Shown here: piece after piece, positions 1 to 11,770 of the stretch | Numbering within the stretch: the first letter of the stretch is position 1 | Layout of the letters: every line of letters starts with the position of its first letter | Assembly: GCA_041942055.1 (NCBI GenBank) | Contig: CP145874.1 | Coordinates: 330,001 to 362,000, forward strand | Length of the DNA stretch: 32,000 bases | Source of the DNA: Candidatus Saccharimonadota bacterium | GTDB lineage: Bacteria > Pseudomonadota > Gammaproteobacteria > Enterobacterales > Enterobacteriaceae | Direction: 5' to 3' | Program-made: the position numbers and the translations under genes | The notes under the pieces: generated by a model | The model's database searches: none | The model's input: only the letters and a program-made list of their open reading frames with translations | What the model was told of the DNA's origin: nothing

Positions 1-68
1 GCTATACTATTTTTATTTATTATATATCAGGCTAATTTAAACTTAAAGTAATGGAATAATAGGATTAT

Positions 69-359
69 ATGCATCATATTATTTTAACTATTTTCCTTAT
101 AGTAGCAATAATCTTGATTGGTTTAATTTTAATTCATCATGGTTATGGAATTGGAATAGGTACTACCCATTCAACTTCTAATGCATCAGTTACATTTTTT
201 GGTTCTTATGGTTCTAAAAACTTTTTGAATCGAATTATTGCCCTATTTGCTTTGGCCTTTATAATTACTACTTTAATACTAGATAATATTGTTTACAATA
301 GTGAAAATCAGTGGTCTAATATTAGACCTCCATCGACGAATATGAACACGCCACATTAA
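69..359 (+). CDS. secG: Preprotein translocase subunit SecG
   Basis: The 96-aa hydrophobic ORF aligns with E. coli SecG (FLIVAI..L.GLI.., then ..FGS.GS.NF..R...L...F). AGGA lies 5 nt upstream of the ATG. tRNA-Leu(GAG) follows, as in the E. coli secG-leuU unit. Confidence 0.9.
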   Translation: MHHIILTIFLIVAIILIGLILIHHGYGIGIGTTHSTSNASVTFFGSYGSKNFLNRIIALFALAFIITTLILDNIVYNSENQWSNIRPPSTNMNTPH

Positions 360-411
360 AAATCATATTTAACCTTTTTTATTCATCACCTTATTATATA
401 TCGATAAAATT

Positions 412-500
412 GCCGAGGTGGTGAAATTGGTAGACACGCTACCTTGAGGGGGTGGTGCCTATTATTAGGCTTACGGGTTCAAATCCCGTCCTCGGTACCA
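412..500 (+). tRNA. leuU: tRNA-Leu (anticodon GAG), class II with a long variable arm; 3' CCA encoded
   Basis: Acceptor stem GCCGAGG/CCTCGGT. Anticodon stem CTACC/GGTGG with loop TTGAGGG. T-arm GGGTTCAAATCCC. Ends ACCA. Nearly identical to E. coli leuU as I recall it. Confidence 0.95.
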
Positions 501-573
501 ACAATGATTTTTACATTATTGATAATAGTTGAATTTTATATATAATCCATATATATTTATTACTAGATGATGA

Positions 574-649
<76 letters not shown>

Positions 650-692
650 TCTAAAAATATGTAGATTGAAAATCTGATAAGATATGATTGCT

Positions 693-720
693 AAAAACCC
701 CGATTGTTCGGGGTTTTTTA
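693..720 (+). terminator. Rho-independent terminator downstream of metY
   Basis: Stem CCCCG (698-702), loop ATTGTT, stem CGGGG (709-713), then T6 (714-719). An A-run precedes it. This is the most GC-rich hairpin in an AT-rich spacer. Confidence 0.75.
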
Positions 721-842
721 TTATGTATAAAAAATAATTATGTCTATTCAATAATCTTTGAGCCTTAGAATGCTAATGCTAACGAAATTGCTACTAAGTT
801 TTATTATGTTATATATTAAAATTATTGATTGAGGCAATGAAG

Positions 843-2315
843 ATGAATAAAGATATTTTGGCTGTAGTACAAGCAGTTTCTAATGAAAAATCCCTTCCTT
901 GTGAAAAAGTATTTGAAGCATTAGAGAGTGCCTTAGCTACTGCAACCAAAAAAAGATATGAAGCAGATATTAATGTTCGCATCAGTATTGATCGAAATAC
1001 AGGTGATTTTAGTGTATATCGTCGATGGCTAATTGTTGAAAAAGTTATACATCCAACTTATGAAATTACAATTGAAGCTGCACAATTTGAAAATAAGATG
1101 TTAACCATAGGTGATTATATTGAAGAAAAAATCGATCCAATAATTTTTGATCGTATTACTAGTCAAATAGCAAAACAAGTTATTGTACAAAAAGTTCGTG
1201 ATGCTGAACGAAGTCTTAGAGTTGAGAAATTTTTAGATAGAAAAGGTGAAATTCTTACGGGAGTGGTAAAACAAGTTAATCGTGATCTGATTAAGATCGA
1301 TATTGGTAATAATACTGAAGCTATTATTTTATCTCAAGATATGCTACCACAAGAAAAGGTTCATTTGGGAAATCGCATTCGAGGAGTATTATACTTGATC
1401 AATCATGAACGTTCACAATTATTTCTTAGTCGTTCTAGTCCTGAAATGTTATTAGAGTTGTTTCGTCTTGAAGTTCCAGAAATCGCCGAAGAAATAATTG
1501 AAATAAAAGCTATTACACGTGATGCAGGATCACGTGCAAAAATAGCAGTAAAAACTAACGATAAAAGAATTGATCCTATAGGTGCTTGTATAGGAATGCG
1601 AGGTTCTCGTGTACAAGCTATATCTAATGAATTAGCAGGAGAACGTATTGATGTTTTATTATGGGATGAAAATCCAGTACAGTTTGTAATTAATGCAATG
1701 GCTCCTGCAGAAGTTAACACAATTGTGGTTGATGAAGATCAACATACTATGGATGTAGCAATAGATAATAATTCTTTAGCTGTAGCTATTGGAAAAAATG
1801 GCCAAAATGTCAAATTAGCATCTCAACTCAGTGGATGGCAATTAAACGTAATGAGTGTTTCAGATTTAAAAAACAAACATGAAGCAGAAGATCATGCTGC
1901 AATTGAACTATTTACTCACTATCTAAACATTGATGTAAAAATAGCTAATTTATTAGTAAAAGCAGGATTATCTTCTTTAGAAGAATTAGCTTATATTCCA
2001 ATGAATGAATTATTAGAATTCGGATATTTTGAGCGAGAAAGTTTAAAAAAATTGCAAAATAGAGCTAAAGAGATATTAACAATAGTTCCATTAAAAAAAA
2101 TAAATAATAAATTTACTTTAGCCTATGGATTACTAAAAATTCAAGATTTAAGTCCTAGTTTAGCATATAAATTAGTAGAAAAAGGCATTTCTTCATTAGA
2201 ATGCTTAGCAGAACAAGGAATCGATGATCTTTCTGAGATTGAAGGTTTAAATAATCAAAAAGCCGGTCAATTAATTATGGCAGCTCGTAATATCTGTTGG
2301 TTTAATAAACCTTGA
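843..2315 (+). CDS. nusA: Transcription termination/antitermination factor NusA
   Basis: The ORF track gives 825..2315 (TTG). Alignment with E. coli NusA begins at [16 protein letters not shown] (ATG 843), with GAGG 8-9 nt upstream. The product is full length, including the C-terminal HhH repeats. Confidence 0.93.
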   Translation: MNKDILAVVQAVSNEKSLPCEKVFEALESALATATKKRYEADINVRISIDRNTGDFSVYRRWLIVEKVIHPTYEITIEAAQFENKMLTIGDYIEEKIDPIIFDRITSQIAKQVIVQKVRDAERSLRVEKFLDRKGEILTGVVKQVNRDLIKIDIGNNTEAIILSQDMLPQEKVHLGNRIRGVLYLINHERSQLFLSRSSPEMLLELFRLEVPEIAEEIIEIKAITRDAGSRAKIAVKTNDKRIDPIGACIGMRGSRVQAISNELAGERIDVLLWDENPVQFVINAMAPAEVNTIVVDEDQHTMDVAIDNNSLAVAIGKNGQNVKLASQLSGWQLNVMSVSDLKNKHEAEDHAAIELFTHYLNIDVKIANLLVKAGLSSLEELAYIPMNELLEFGYFERESLKKLQNRAKEILTIVPLKKINNKFTLAYGLLKIQDLSPSLAYKLVEKGISSLECLAEQGIDDLSEIEGLNNQKAGQLIMAARNICWFNKP

Positions 2316-2335
2316 TGATAAAAGGAAGCAATATC

Positions 2336-4921
2336 ATGATAAAAGATATCAACATAAAATCTTTGGCAATGGAAATGAAGATGTCAGTAGAGACAATTAT
2401 AAATGTTTTTGCATCTTTAGGAATATTTAAATCAGATAAAGATTGGATTACTCAGAAAGAAAAAGAAATCCTCTTAAATAAACTTGAATTTCATGAAAAA
2501 GATAGATCACAAATCTCAGAAGTATGTTTTACTTTACAACGAAAAATACACAGCACACTAAATATTCCGAGTATAGGAGGTAAAAATAAAAAAGTCCAAG
2601 TAGAAATCCGCAAAAAAAAGACCTATTTTAAAGAAAACAAAAGAGAAAATATTCACCATCATAATCAAGATCTTGATGGTTCTGAAAGTTCCAAAAATAG
2701 TTCAGATAATTTGATTTGGAATTCAAAAAATAAAATTTCTAATTATAATAAAAAAAATTCTACCGATAAAATTATTAAAAAAGCAGAAAATGCGGAATTT
2801 CAGCGTAAAGTGGAAGCTGTAGTACATGAAAAAATTGAAAAAGAAGCCCGTAGATTTGCAGAAGAAGCGTGTAGAATGGCGTCAGATATAAATAATCAGG
2901 ATTGGAACCTAGATGTGATAGTAGAAGAAGATGAGAATCTAAAAGAAGAAGATAATCTGGTTGCTAAACAACATGTAGAAGATGAGAATAAAAAATTAAA
3001 AATTGATGGTCGCGTTCGTATCGGAAAATCAAAATTATCACGTTCCAGAAAAAATATCAAACAATTAGAATCGAAAATTAATCCAGAAGAAGTACGAGTT
3101 ATTCCTCGTAGCAAGAAAAATAGCAAACGTAAATCAAGTGTTTTACAACAAACGTTTAATAAGCCTGTACAAAAAAATATTCCTAAAAATATTACTATTG
3201 GTGAAACTATTACAGTTGCTGAACTTGCTAATAAAATGGCCATGAAAAGTTCAGAAATTATTAAAGTAATGATGAATATGGGTGCTATAGCTACTATTAA
3301 TCAAGTTATAGATCAGGAAACAGCGCAATTAGTAGCTGAAGAATTAGGACATAAAGTTATTTTACGTCGTGAAAATGATTTAGAAGAAGCTATTTTATTT
3401 GATAGAGATATGGGATTAATTGCTGAATCTCGAGCCCCTATAGTAACTATTATGGGACATGTTGATCATGGTAAAACTTCATTATTAGACTATATTCGAT
3501 CAACAAAACTTGCAAAAAGTGAAGCTGGGGGCATTACTCAACGCATTGGTGCTTATCATGTAGAAATTGGTAATCGGATGATTACCTTTATTGATACCCC
3601 CGGACATGCAGCTTTTAGTGCTATGCGTATTAGAGGTGTTAAGTTAACAGATATTGTTGTTTTAGTCGTAGCAGCTGATGATGGGGTAATGCCGCAAACA
3701 ATAGAAGCTATTCAACATGCTCAAGCAGTTAATGTACCCATAATAGTGGCTATTAATAAAATTGATAAAATCGAATCGAATACGGATAGAATTAAAAAGG
3801 AATTATCCCAATATGGAATTAATCCTGAGGAATGGGGTGGTGATAATCAGTTTATTTGTATTTCAGCAAAAATGGGAATAGGAATTGACGATCTTTTAAA
3901 TGCGATTTTATTACAATCTGAAATGTTAGAATTAAAAGTAGTTCATAAAGGAATGGCAACAGGTGTAGTTATAGAATCTTTCCTTGATAGGGGACGTGGT
4001 CCAGTAGCAACTGTATTAATACGTGAAGGAACACTTAATAAAGGAGACATTGTACTATGTGGTTTGGAATATGGACATGTAAGAGCTATGTTAGATGAAC
4101 ACGGTGAGAATATCAGTCAAGCATTCCCTTCTCTGCCAGTTGAAATGTTTGGGTTATCTGGTCTTCCAGCAGTAGGTGATGTATTAACTGTAGTACGTGA
4201 TGAGAAAAAAGCTCGAGAAGTTGCATTATATCGTCAAGGTAAATATCGCGAAGTTAAGTTCTCTCATATAAAAAAAGTGGTTTTTGAAGAGATGTTTAAT
4301 GATCTTACCAAGGCTAAGATGTCTGAATTAAATTTAATTCTCAAATCTGATACTCAAGGATCAATAGAAGCCATTGCAGAAGCATTAAAAAAACTCTCTA
4401 CTAATAAAATTGAAATAAAGATTTTAAGTTCGGGAGTAGGTGCTATTAGTGAGACTGATGCTGTATTAGCTGTACCTTCTAAAGCTATTATTATAGGATT
4501 TAATGTACGCGCTGATACTTCAGCACGTAAAATAATTGAAAAAGAAAAATTAGATTTACGCTACTATTCTGTAATTTATAATTTAATTGATGACGTTAAA
4601 AAAGCGATATTTGGCAGATTAACACCCGAATATCAATATAAAATTATTGGATTAGCAGAAGTCAAAAGTATATTTAAATCCCCTAAATTTGGATCTATAG
4701 CTGGTTGTATGGTAAAAAATGGTATTATTAAGCGTCATAAACTAATTAAGGTTTTACGTAACAAGATCGTTATTTACGAAGGAGAATTAGAATCTTTACG
4801 CCATTTTAAACAGGATATTAATGAAGTTCATACAGGATCAGAGTGTGGAATTGGAATTAAAAACTATAATGATATTCGAGTTGGAGATTTAATTGAAGTA
4901 TTTGAAATGATCAAAGTATAA
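2336..4921 (+). CDS. infB: Translation initiation factor IF-2
   Basis: GTPase motifs GHVDHGKT and DTPGH are present, and the C-terminal two-thirds is strongly conserved. The N-terminal roughly 300 aa is Lys/Asn-rich and divergent. The start is placed at ATG 2336 ([11 protein letters not shown], compare E. coli MTDVTIKTLA), preceded by AAGGAAG. Confidence 0.93.
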   Translation: MIKDINIKSLAMEMKMSVETIINVFASLGIFKSDKDWITQKEKEILLNKLEFHEKDRSQISEVCFTLQRKIHSTLNIPSIGGKNKKVQVEIRKKKTYFKENKRENIHHHNQDLDGSESSKNSSDNLIWNSKNKISNYNKKNSTDKIIKKAENAEFQRKVEAVVHEKIEKEARRFAEEACRMASDINNQDWNLDVIVEEDENLKEEDNLVAKQHVEDENKKLKIDGRVRIGKSKLSRSRKNIKQLESKINPEEVRVIPRSKKNSKRKSSVLQQTFNKPVQKNIPKNITIGETITVAELANKMAMKSSEIIKVMMNMGAIATINQVIDQETAQLVAEELGHKVILRRENDLEEAILFDRDMGLIAESRAPIVTIMGHVDHGKTSLLDYIRSTKLAKSEAGGITQRIGAYHVEIGNRMITFIDTPGHAAFSAMRIRGVKLTDIVVLVVAADDGVMPQTIEAIQHAQAVNVPIIVAINKIDKIESNTDRIKKELSQYGINPEEWGGDNQFICISAKMGIGIDDLLNAILLQSEMLELKVVHKGMATGVVIESFLDRGRGPVATVLIREGTLNKGDIVLCGLEYGHVRAMLDEHGENISQAFPSLPVEMFGLSGLPAVGDVLTVVRDEKKAREVALYRQGKYREVKFSHIKKVVFEEMFNDLTKAKMSELNLILKSDTQGSIEAIAEALKKLSTNKIEIKILSSGVGAISETDAVLAVPSKAIIIGFNVRADTSARKIIEKEKLDLRYYSVIYNLIDDVKKAIFGRLTPEYQYKIIGLAEVKSIFKSPKFGSIAGCMVKNGIIKRHKLIKVLRNKIVIYEGELESLRHFKQDINEVHTGSECGIGIKNYNDIRVGDLIEVFEMIKV

Positions 4922-4936
4922 TGTATTATTAATAAA

Positions 4937-5305
4937 ATGAATAAAATCATACGTTTACCTAAATTAGCTAAAGCATTCAAAAAAGAAATTACAATAATTT
5001 TACAAAGAAAGATCAAAGATCCTCGTTTGAGATGTTTAATAAGTGTAAATCATATAGATTTATCACCTGATGCTTTTTATGCTAAAGTTTTCGTAACTTT
5101 TTTAGAAATTGAATCTGATATAGAGATTGGTAAAAAAATTCAAACATTACAAAATGCATCCGGATATATTCGAATATTGCTAGCAAAAGCTATAGAATTA
5201 CGTATAATACCTAAACTAGTTTTTTTTCATGATACATCTGCTCATAATGCATTATATATGTATAATTTGATTACTAAGAGATTAAAAAACCACTCCAATG
5301 AATAA
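4937..5305 (+). CDS. rbfA: Ribosome-binding factor A
   Basis: 122 aa. Aligns with E. coli RbfA (..ILQR.IKDPRL.., YAKV.VTF, ..IVPKL.F..D). Sits in the conserved infB-rbfA-truB order. Confidence 0.9.
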   Translation: MNKIIRLPKLAKAFKKEITIILQRKIKDPRLRCLISVNHIDLSPDAFYAKVFVTFLEIESDIEIGKKIQTLQNASGYIRILLAKAIELRIIPKLVFFHDTSAHNALYMYNLITKRLKNHSNE

Positions 5306-6050
5306 TATAATTAATGGAATGTTATTATTGGATAAACCTAAAGGAATTTCTTCTAATTTTGCACTTCAAAAAGTAAAAACAATTCTTAAGGTTAAAAAAG
5401 CAGGATATATAGGAACCTTAGACCCTATAGCTACCGGAATGTTGCCAATTTGTTTAGGTAAAGCAACTAAGTTTGCAAAATATTTACTTAATACAGATAA
5501 ACGTTATTATGTAAGAGCTAAATTAGGACAACGTACTGATACTTTAGACTCTGAAGGTAAAGTAATTAGTGAAAATCCTGTAGTAAGAATTAGTGCTTCA
5601 ACATTAAAAAATATTCTTAAGGGTTTTTTAGGAAAAATTCAACAAATACCTCCTATGTATTCGGCGATAAAATTACACAATCGTCCATTATATAAATATG
5701 CTCGTCAAGGTATTATTGTATCACGTAAACCACGTATGATTACCATTCATAATTTGCTATTGATTGAGTTAACAGAAAATCAACTGTCACTTGAAGTATA
5801 TTGTTCTAAAGGAACATATATTCGAACTCTTATTGATGATTTAGGACAAAAATTAGGTTGTGGAGCTCATGTTATAGAACTACGAAGGTTACAAGTAGCA
5901 TCATATCCTCTTCACTATATGGTTACTCTCAACAAATTGCGCACCCTAATAACTAGTAATATGATTAGTGAAGAAGCAAATAAAATACTAATTTCTATTT
6001 TAATACCGATAAATAATATAATTTCTATACCTAAGATAAATAATCATTAA
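5298..6050 (+). CDS. truB: tRNA pseudouridine-55 synthase TruB, catalytic domain only (no PUA domain)
   Basis: Motifs [25 protein letters not shown] (catalytic Asp) and [15 protein letters not shown] are present. The ORF is 250 aa against roughly 314 aa in E. coli. It overlaps the rbfA stop by 8 nt (ATGAATAA). Confidence 0.9.
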   Translation: MNNIINGMLLLDKPKGISSNFALQKVKTILKVKKAGYIGTLDPIATGMLPICLGKATKFAKYLLNTDKRYYVRAKLGQRTDTLDSEGKVISENPVVRISASTLKNILKGFLGKIQQIPPMYSAIKLHNRPLYKYARQGIIVSRKPRMITIHNLLLIELTENQLSLEVYCSKGTYIRTLIDDLGQKLGCGAHVIELRRLQVASYPLHYMVTLNKLRTLITSNMISEEANKILISILIPINNIISIPKINNH

Positions 6051-6157
6051 ATAGTTCTAATTCCTCATCATTTAATTTATTATGAATATTTCACTCATTA
6101 AATTAAATCAAGATATTGGTATTTATCTCTAATTTTTTATTATAATGGAGTAATCTT

Positions 6158-6424
6158 ATGTCAAAATGTTGTACTAAATCTGAAATTATTGTTAAATACG
6201 GCAATAGTATTAGTGATACTGGTTCTACTGAAGTTCAAGTTGCTTTATTAAGTAATAAAATAGATCTTTTACGTAAACATTTTGCTCAGCATAAAAAAGA
6301 TTTTCATAGTCGTCAGGGTTTATTACGCATAATTTCCAAACGAAGAAGTTTATTAAATTATTTAAAACGTAAAAATATTGATCGTTATACAACTTTAATT
6401 GAAAATCTTGAATTGCGCAGATAA
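6158..6424 (+). CDS. rpsO: 30S ribosomal protein S15
   Basis: 88 aa. [12 protein letters not shown]...HF..HKKD.HSR.GLL aligns along the full length with E. coli S15. GGAG lies upstream. Confidence 0.95.
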   Translation: MSKCCTKSEIIVKYGNSISDTGSTEVQVALLSNKIDLLRKHFAQHKKDFHSRQGLLRIISKRRSLLNYLKRKNIDRYTTLIENLELRR

Positions 6425-6489
6425 AACATCTTAATTTAAAATTATACTGAGGTTATAACTTAAACTATCAGGAAATTAAGGATATTATT

Positions 6490-8604
6490 TTGTTTAATCC
6501 AATTATACGTAAATTTAAATATGGACAACATACGGTTTCTTTTGAAACTGGAATGATTGCTCGACAAGCTACGACTAGTGTCATAACTCGTATCGATGAT
6601 ACGGTGGTTTTAGTAACTGTAGTAGGAAGTAAAAAAAATACATCTAATCATAATTTTTTTCCTCTTACTGTTACATATCAAGAACGTTCTTATGCGGCTG
6701 GTCGTATTCCGGGAAGTTTTTTTAGACGTGAAGGTCGTCCAAGTGAAAATGAAATTATCATAGCACGTCTAATTGATCGTCCAATTCGTCCTTTATTACC
6801 AGAATCTGAAGAGTTTTCTTCTTATGATATTCAAATTATTGCCACAGTTCTTTCTCTAGATCCTAGAATTAATCCTGATATTGTAGCATTAATTGGAACT
6901 TCTGCAGCACTTAGTATTTCTGGAATTCCATTTAAAGGTCCTATTGGTGCAGCACGGGTAGGATATATTGATAACAAGTATCTTTTAAATCCAACGATAG
7001 AAGAACTAAAATACAGTAATTTAGATTTAATTGTTTCTGGTACTGAAAATGCAATATTAATGGTAGAAGCTGAATCAAAATTTATTAGTGAAGATCAAAT
7101 GCTAGAGGCGATTATTTATGGACATGAACAACAACAAATCGTCATTAAAAATATCAAGTTATTAGTTGACGAAGTTGGTAAATCCTCTATTAATTGGATA
7201 TGTAATTCAATCAATAACGAACTATATATAAAAATTGCTACACTCTCAGAAAAATTATTAACTGATGCATATCGTATTTTAGATAAAAAAGCACGTTATA
7301 CACAAATAGATTTAATTAAATCCGATGTATTAGCTATCTTACAAAAAGAACATTCTGGTTTAGATGAAAATTTAATCCAAAAAATTTGTTCTAGGATTGA
7401 AAAAAAAATTGTACGAACTTTATTATTACAAGAAAGTAGTAGAATTGATGGTCGTGATCATAATACTATTCGTAATATAGATGTACGAACTGGTATTTTA
7501 CCGAGAGTACATGGATCATCTTTATTTACACGAGGCGAAACTCAAGCTTTAGTCACAGTTACTTTAGGTACTGATCGAGATGCACAAAATCTTGATGAAT
7601 TAACTGGAGACCGTACAGATTCTTTTATCTTTCATTATAATTTTCCTCCTTATTCAATTGGAGAAATAGGAATTATAGGATCTCCAAAACGACGTGAAAT
7701 TGGTCATGGTCGTTTAGCTAAACGTGGAATTTTAGCAATTATGCCTAGTCATGACGTGTTTCCTTATACAGTGCGTATAGTATCTGAAATAACCGAATCA
7801 AATGGTTCTTCTTCTATGGCTTCTGTATGTGGTGCTTCTTTGGCATTAATGGATGCAGGAGTTCCCATAAAAGCAGCAGTAGCTGGTATTGCGATGGGAT
7901 TAGTGAAAGAAGGTAATCATTTTGTAATACTTTCTGATATTATAGGTGATGAGGATCATTTTGGTGATATGGATTTAAAAGTAGCTGGAACTAATCAAGG
8001 CATTACTGCATTACAAATGGATATAAAAATTGAAGGAATTACTAGTCAAATTATTCAAATAGCATTGAATCAAGCTAAAGATGCTCGTTTACATATATTA
8101 AATATAATGGAAAAAGCTATCAGTTTTCCCCGCGTAAATATTTCTAAATATGCACCAAGGATACATATAATAAAAATAGATCCCGAAAAAATTAAAGATG
8201 TTATAGGAAAAGGTGGATCAGTTATTAGATCTGTAACTGAAGAAACAGGTACTACTATTCAGATTGAAGATGACGGTACTATAAAAATAGCATCAGTTGA
8301 TAGTAATAAAGCTGAATTAGCTCTTCATCGAATTCAACAAATTACTGCCGATATTGAAATAGGTAGATTTTATAGTGGAAAAGTATCTCGGATTGTTGAT
8401 TTTGGTGCGTTTATTACTATTATAATTGGTAATAATAAATCTGGTGGTAAAGAAGGATTAGTACATATTTCTCAAATTTCTGAAAAACGTGTAGAAAAAG
8501 TGACGGATTATTTAAAAATTGGTCAAATAGTTACAGTAAAAGTACTTAATATTGATGACCAAGGACGTATTCGTCTTACTATGAAAAGTATAAGGCACAA
8601 GTAA
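6490..8604 (+). CDS. pnp: Polynucleotide phosphorylase
   Basis: 704 aa. The N-terminus [21 protein letters not shown] matches E. coli PNPase. It starts at TTG, as E. coli pnp does, with AAGGA upstream. Two RNase PH domains plus KH and S1 domains are present. Confidence 0.95.
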   Translation: MFNPIIRKFKYGQHTVSFETGMIARQATTSVITRIDDTVVLVTVVGSKKNTSNHNFFPLTVTYQERSYAAGRIPGSFFRREGRPSENEIIIARLIDRPIRPLLPESEEFSSYDIQIIATVLSLDPRINPDIVALIGTSAALSISGIPFKGPIGAARVGYIDNKYLLNPTIEELKYSNLDLIVSGTENAILMVEAESKFISEDQMLEAIIYGHEQQQIVIKNIKLLVDEVGKSSINWICNSINNELYIKIATLSEKLLTDAYRILDKKARYTQIDLIKSDVLAILQKEHSGLDENLIQKICSRIEKKIVRTLLLQESSRIDGRDHNTIRNIDVRTGILPRVHGSSLFTRGETQALVTVTLGTDRDAQNLDELTGDRTDSFIFHYNFPPYSIGEIGIIGSPKRREIGHGRLAKRGILAIMPSHDVFPYTVRIVSEITESNGSSSMASVCGASLALMDAGVPIKAAVAGIAMGLVKEGNHFVILSDIIGDEDHFGDMDLKVAGTNQGITALQMDIKIEGITSQIIQIALNQAKDARLHILNIMEKAISFPRVNISKYAPRIHIIKIDPEKIKDVIGKGGSVIRSVTEETGTTIQIEDDGTIKIASVDSNKAELALHRIQQITADIEIGRFYSGKVSRIVDFGAFITIIIGNNKSGGKEGLVHISQISEKRVEKVTDYLKIGQIVTVKVLNIDDQGRIRLTMKSIRHK

Positions 8605-8668
8605 ATAATAAATAATTTACTTAATAAGATATATCAAATAGCAGCATATCTAGGGGTATGTAATTTAC

Positions 8669-10372
8669 ATGATAAAGTTGGTAGAAAAAAGCTTTGCTGA
8701 ATTAGGACTAAAATTATCTCTTTTAGAATCATTAAAGGTTATGGGTTATATTAAACCTTCTCCAATTCAAAATAAATGTATTCCATACTTACTTAAAGGA
8801 TATGATCTATTAGGTATTGCTCAAACTGGAAGTGGAAAAACTGCTGCATTCATTTTACCATTATTAAATAATATTCAAAGTAATTTAAGAAATCCTCAAG
8901 CTCTGATTCTTGTGCCTACTAGAGAATTAGCAATTCAAGTGACAGAAGCTTGTGTGAATTTAGCTAAATATATTCCAGAAATAAATTCCTTAGCTATATA
9001 TGGAGGACAGCGTTATGAAGTTCAATTACAGGGGTTACGCAAAGGTCCACAAATTATAATAGCAACACCGGGTCGTTTATTAGATCATATTAAGAAAGAA
9101 ACCTTAAATTTATCTCACTTACGTTACTTGATATTAGATGAAGCAGATGAAATGTTACGCATGGGATTTATTGAAGATGTAGAAAAAATTATGAAAAAAC
9201 TTCCTGCATGTAAACAAATCGCTCTATTTTCGGCAACAATGCCTGAACCTATTCGGCGTATTACACGTAATTTCATGAAAGAACCGTATGAAGTACGTAT
9301 TCATACTAATATCACAACGCGTCCTAATATCATTCAAAGTTATTGGACTGTTCAAGGTAATAATAAAAGTAATGCGTTAATCCGTTTTTTAGAAGTGGAA
9401 GAGTTTGATGCAGCTTTAATATTCGTACGTACAAAACATGCTACTTTAGAAGTAGCAAAACATTTAGAACATAGTGGTTATAAAACGGCTGCATTAAATG
9501 GTGATATGAATCAAATATTGCGTGAGCAAACTTTAGAACGTTTAAAAAATGGAAATCTCGATATTCTTATTGCTACAGATATAGCTGCTCGGGGATTAGA
9601 TGTTGATCGAATCAATTTAGTAGTGAATTATGATATTCCTATGGATGTAGATTCTTATATCCATCGTATTGGAAGAACTGGAAGGGCCGGTCGTGTTGGT
9701 AAAGCACTGGCTTTTGTAGAAACTCGTGAACGTAGATTATTATATAAGATTGAACGTTGTATGAATATAGAAATTTCCGAAGTGAATCTTCCAAGTACTG
9801 AACTAATAAGTAAATGTAGATTATCTAAATTTGCTGCCAAAGTAGAAAAACAATTTCAAAGTACTGATTTAAATCAATATCGTACCTTATTGTCAAAAAT
9901 TCAACCCAAAGATATTTTTGATATTACAACATTAGCAGCTGTATTACTAAAAATAGCGCAAGAAAATAGCCCATTAATTTTAACCCCCGATCCAATATTT
10001 AATAGAAAAAAATGTAATGAATTTAAAAGTAATCATATGGATTTATACCGGATTGAGTTAGGACGTAATGATGGTTTAAAAATACGAGATATTTTAGGAG
10101 CATTTAATAAGCAAATAGAATTTAATAGACATAAGATTGGAAATATAAAGTTATTTAATTATTATTCTACAATAGAATTGCCTAAAGGTATATCAGAAAT
10201 AATATTACATAATTTTATAGATACTCGTATTTTAAATAAACCCTTAAAAATAAAATTGCTTGGAGATTCATTTTCTAAAAACGTACTAATAAAAAAGAAA
10301 AAGAATCTAAGTAATATTAAGCCCAGTATAATAAAAAAAAAATATGCAGGATTTCGTGATTTTAATACTTAA
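8669..10372 (+). CDS. deaD: DEAD-box ATP-dependent RNA helicase DeaD/CsdA
   Basis: Motifs [21 protein letters not shown] and [10 protein letters not shown] are present, and the N-terminus parallels E. coli DeaD. At 567 aa it is shorter at the C-terminus than the roughly 629-aa E. coli protein. Confidence 0.9.
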   Translation: MIKLVEKSFAELGLKLSLLESLKVMGYIKPSPIQNKCIPYLLKGYDLLGIAQTGSGKTAAFILPLLNNIQSNLRNPQALILVPTRELAIQVTEACVNLAKYIPEINSLAIYGGQRYEVQLQGLRKGPQIIIATPGRLLDHIKKETLNLSHLRYLILDEADEMLRMGFIEDVEKIMKKLPACKQIALFSATMPEPIRRITRNFMKEPYEVRIHTNITTRPNIIQSYWTVQGNNKSNALIRFLEVEEFDAALIFVRTKHATLEVAKHLEHSGYKTAALNGDMNQILREQTLERLKNGNLDILIATDIAARGLDVDRINLVVNYDIPMDVDSYIHRIGRTGRAGRVGKALAFVETRERRLLYKIERCMNIEISEVNLPSTELISKCRLSKFAAKVEKQFQSTDLNQYRTLLSKIQPKDIFDITTLAAVLLKIAQENSPLILTPDPIFNRKKCNEFKSNHMDLYRIELGRNDGLKIRDILGAFNKQIEFNRHKIGNIKLFNYYSTIELPKGISEIILHNFIDTRILNKPLKIKLLGDSFSKNVLIKKKKNLSNIKPSIIKKKYAGFRDFNT

Positions 10373-10408
10373 ATAAAAATTTTATGAAAAAAAAATTAAT
10401 AATTTAAG

Positions 10409-11062
10409 GTGGCAAAATTTTTTTGCCATAGAAAAAAAAAAAGCTATTTTTTAAATATTTTAAAATTTTTAGCTAATGCTAGAGCATCTGGTAAAATTAT
10501 CTATCCTGCACAAGATAATATTTTTAACTGTTTTCGCTTAACAGAACTCAATATTATAAAAGTAGTAATACTGGGACAAGATCCATACTATAAATATAAT
10601 CAAGCTCATGGATTAGCTTTTTCTGTTCCCAGGGGAATTAAAATTCCCCCCTCATTAATGAATATATATAAAGAATTGAATAATAATCAGGTTAATTTTC
10701 AGTTTCCTAATCATGGATGTTTAGAAAGTTTGGCAAAACAAGGAGTTATGCTATTAAATACAGTTCTTACTGTAGAAAAACATAGACCCGGTTCTCATAT
10801 AAATATTGGTTGGGAAATATTTACAGATAAAGTGATATATATAATTAATAAATATTGTAAAGAAGTAGTTTTTTTACTATGGGGTAAAAATGCTCAAAAA
10901 AAAACATCTTGTATTGATAAAAGACGTCATTTAATTTTACATGCATCTCATCCTTCTCCATTATCAACACATCGAAGTTTTTTTGGTTCTCATCATTTTT
11001 ATCATACAAATATGTGGCTGCTAAAATGTGGTATACAGCCAATCGACTGGACACCACATTAA
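10409..11062 (+). CDS. ung: Uracil-DNA glycosylase
   Basis: GQDPY(Y), [17 protein letters not shown] and HPSPLS motifs align along the full length with E. coli Ung. The only in-frame start is GTG 10409, embedded in AAGGTGG, so the exact start is uncertain. Confidence 0.85.
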   Translation: MAKFFCHRKKKSYFLNILKFLANARASGKIIYPAQDNIFNCFRLTELNIIKVVILGQDPYYKYNQAHGLAFSVPRGIKIPPSLMNIYKELNNNQVNFQFPNHGCLESLAKQGVMLLNTVLTVEKHRPGSHINIGWEIFTDKVIYIINKYCKEVVFLLWGKNAQKKTSCIDKRRHLILHASHPSPLSTHRSFFGSHHFYHTNMWLLKCGIQPIDWTPH

Positions 11063-11086
11063 AAATAATAACCTATAAAAATTTAG

Positions 11087-11701
11087 TTATTGTTGATTAT
11101 GCTTCTTAGATACACTCACCATTGCTGGACGTAATAATCTTCCATTTAGCATATAACCAGGTTGTATTATTTCTAAGACCAGATTAGTTTTTATCCCTTC
11201 TTCCTGTTCTTCTATTTCTTTTATAGACATGGCTTGATGTATATCAGGATTAAAAGGAATCTGTGTTTCTTTAATTACTTTAACTCCATATTTATGCATG
11301 GTATCTAGTAAAGATTTTAATGTTAATTTAATTCCTTCAATCATAGGAATCAATTGTTGATTAGATTGATTTGTCAGTTGGAGTGCACGTTCTAAATTAT
11401 CAATGACTGGTAAAAGTTCTCCAATAAATTTCTCTAAGGAAAATTTATAGATTTTTTCAATTTCTATATCTGCGCGACGACGAATATTTTTTAGTTCTGC
11501 TTGAGCACGTAACATCTGATCACGTTCATGTTTTTGTGCTTCAATAAGTTGCATTTCAAGAATAGCAATCCTCTCGTCACGATGATCAACAGCACTGTTT
11601 TGATGATCTTTTTTTATAATTTCATTGTTTTCATTTTTAGATAGAACCTGTTCGTCTTGATTTGTTATTTCTATAGGTTGTTCTTTTTCTTCACTACTCA
11701 T
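11087..11701 (-). CDS. grpE: Nucleotide exchange factor GrpE
   Basis: The ORF track extends to 11758. Homology to E. coli GrpE begins at MSSEEKEQP (ATG 11701..11699), with GGAG 6 nt upstream. Conserved segments: LRA.AE..N.RRR...E.EK...F..EKF..ELLPVIDNLERAL. Confidence 0.92.
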   Translation of the reverse strand: MSSEEKEQPIEITNQDEQVLSKNENNEIIKKDHQNSAVDHRDERIAILEMQLIEAQKHERDQMLRAQAELKNIRRRADIEIEKIYKFSLEKFIGELLPVIDNLERALQLTNQSNQQLIPMIEGIKLTLKSLLDTMHKYGVKVIKETQIPFNPDIHQAMSIKEIEEQEEGIKTNLVLEIIQPGYMLNGRLLRPAMVSVSKKHNQQ

Positions 11702-11742
11702 GAAATTCTCCGTATGTGCACATTCATTCACTAATTCGATTA

Positions 11743-11770
11743 TTATATGGATGAGCAAGGTAGTTTCAAG
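11743..11770 (-). promoter_or_regulatory. sigma-32 (heat-shock) type promoter for grpE
   Basis: The minus strand reads CTTGAAA-CTACCTTGCTCAT-CCATATAA. This is an exact CTTGAAA -35 element and a CCAT-containing -10, about 40 nt upstream of the grpE ATG. The layout resembles the E. coli grpE heat-shock promoter. Confidence 0.6.

Noticed and set aside
825-842. N-terminal extensions in the ORF track: nusA from TTG 825, infB from TTG 2312, grpE to 11758, aroF from TTG 13744, yegQ to 25640, htpX from 25661, polA from TTG 28893.
   Set aside because: Homology to the E. coli proteins begins at internal ATGs (843, 2336, 11701, 13753, 25574, 25691, 28896). Those ATGs have better-spaced SD-like sequences. 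The extensions are AT-rich read-through of intergenic DNA.
721-842. A possible rimP pseudogene remnant between the metY terminator and nusA.
   Set aside because: Translating all three forward frames gave only short stop-ridden peptides, with no resemblance to RimP as I recall it. I treat the gene as fully deleted.
10384-10407. A mini-ORF, ATG AAA AAA AAA TTA ATA ATT TAA (MKKKLII), upstream of ung. I considered whether slippage on its A9 tract could fuse it to ung as an alternative start.
   Set aside because: In the ung frame there are stops at 10397-99 and 10400-02 between the tract and the GTG. A single-nucleotide slip therefore cannot join them. No SD is present.
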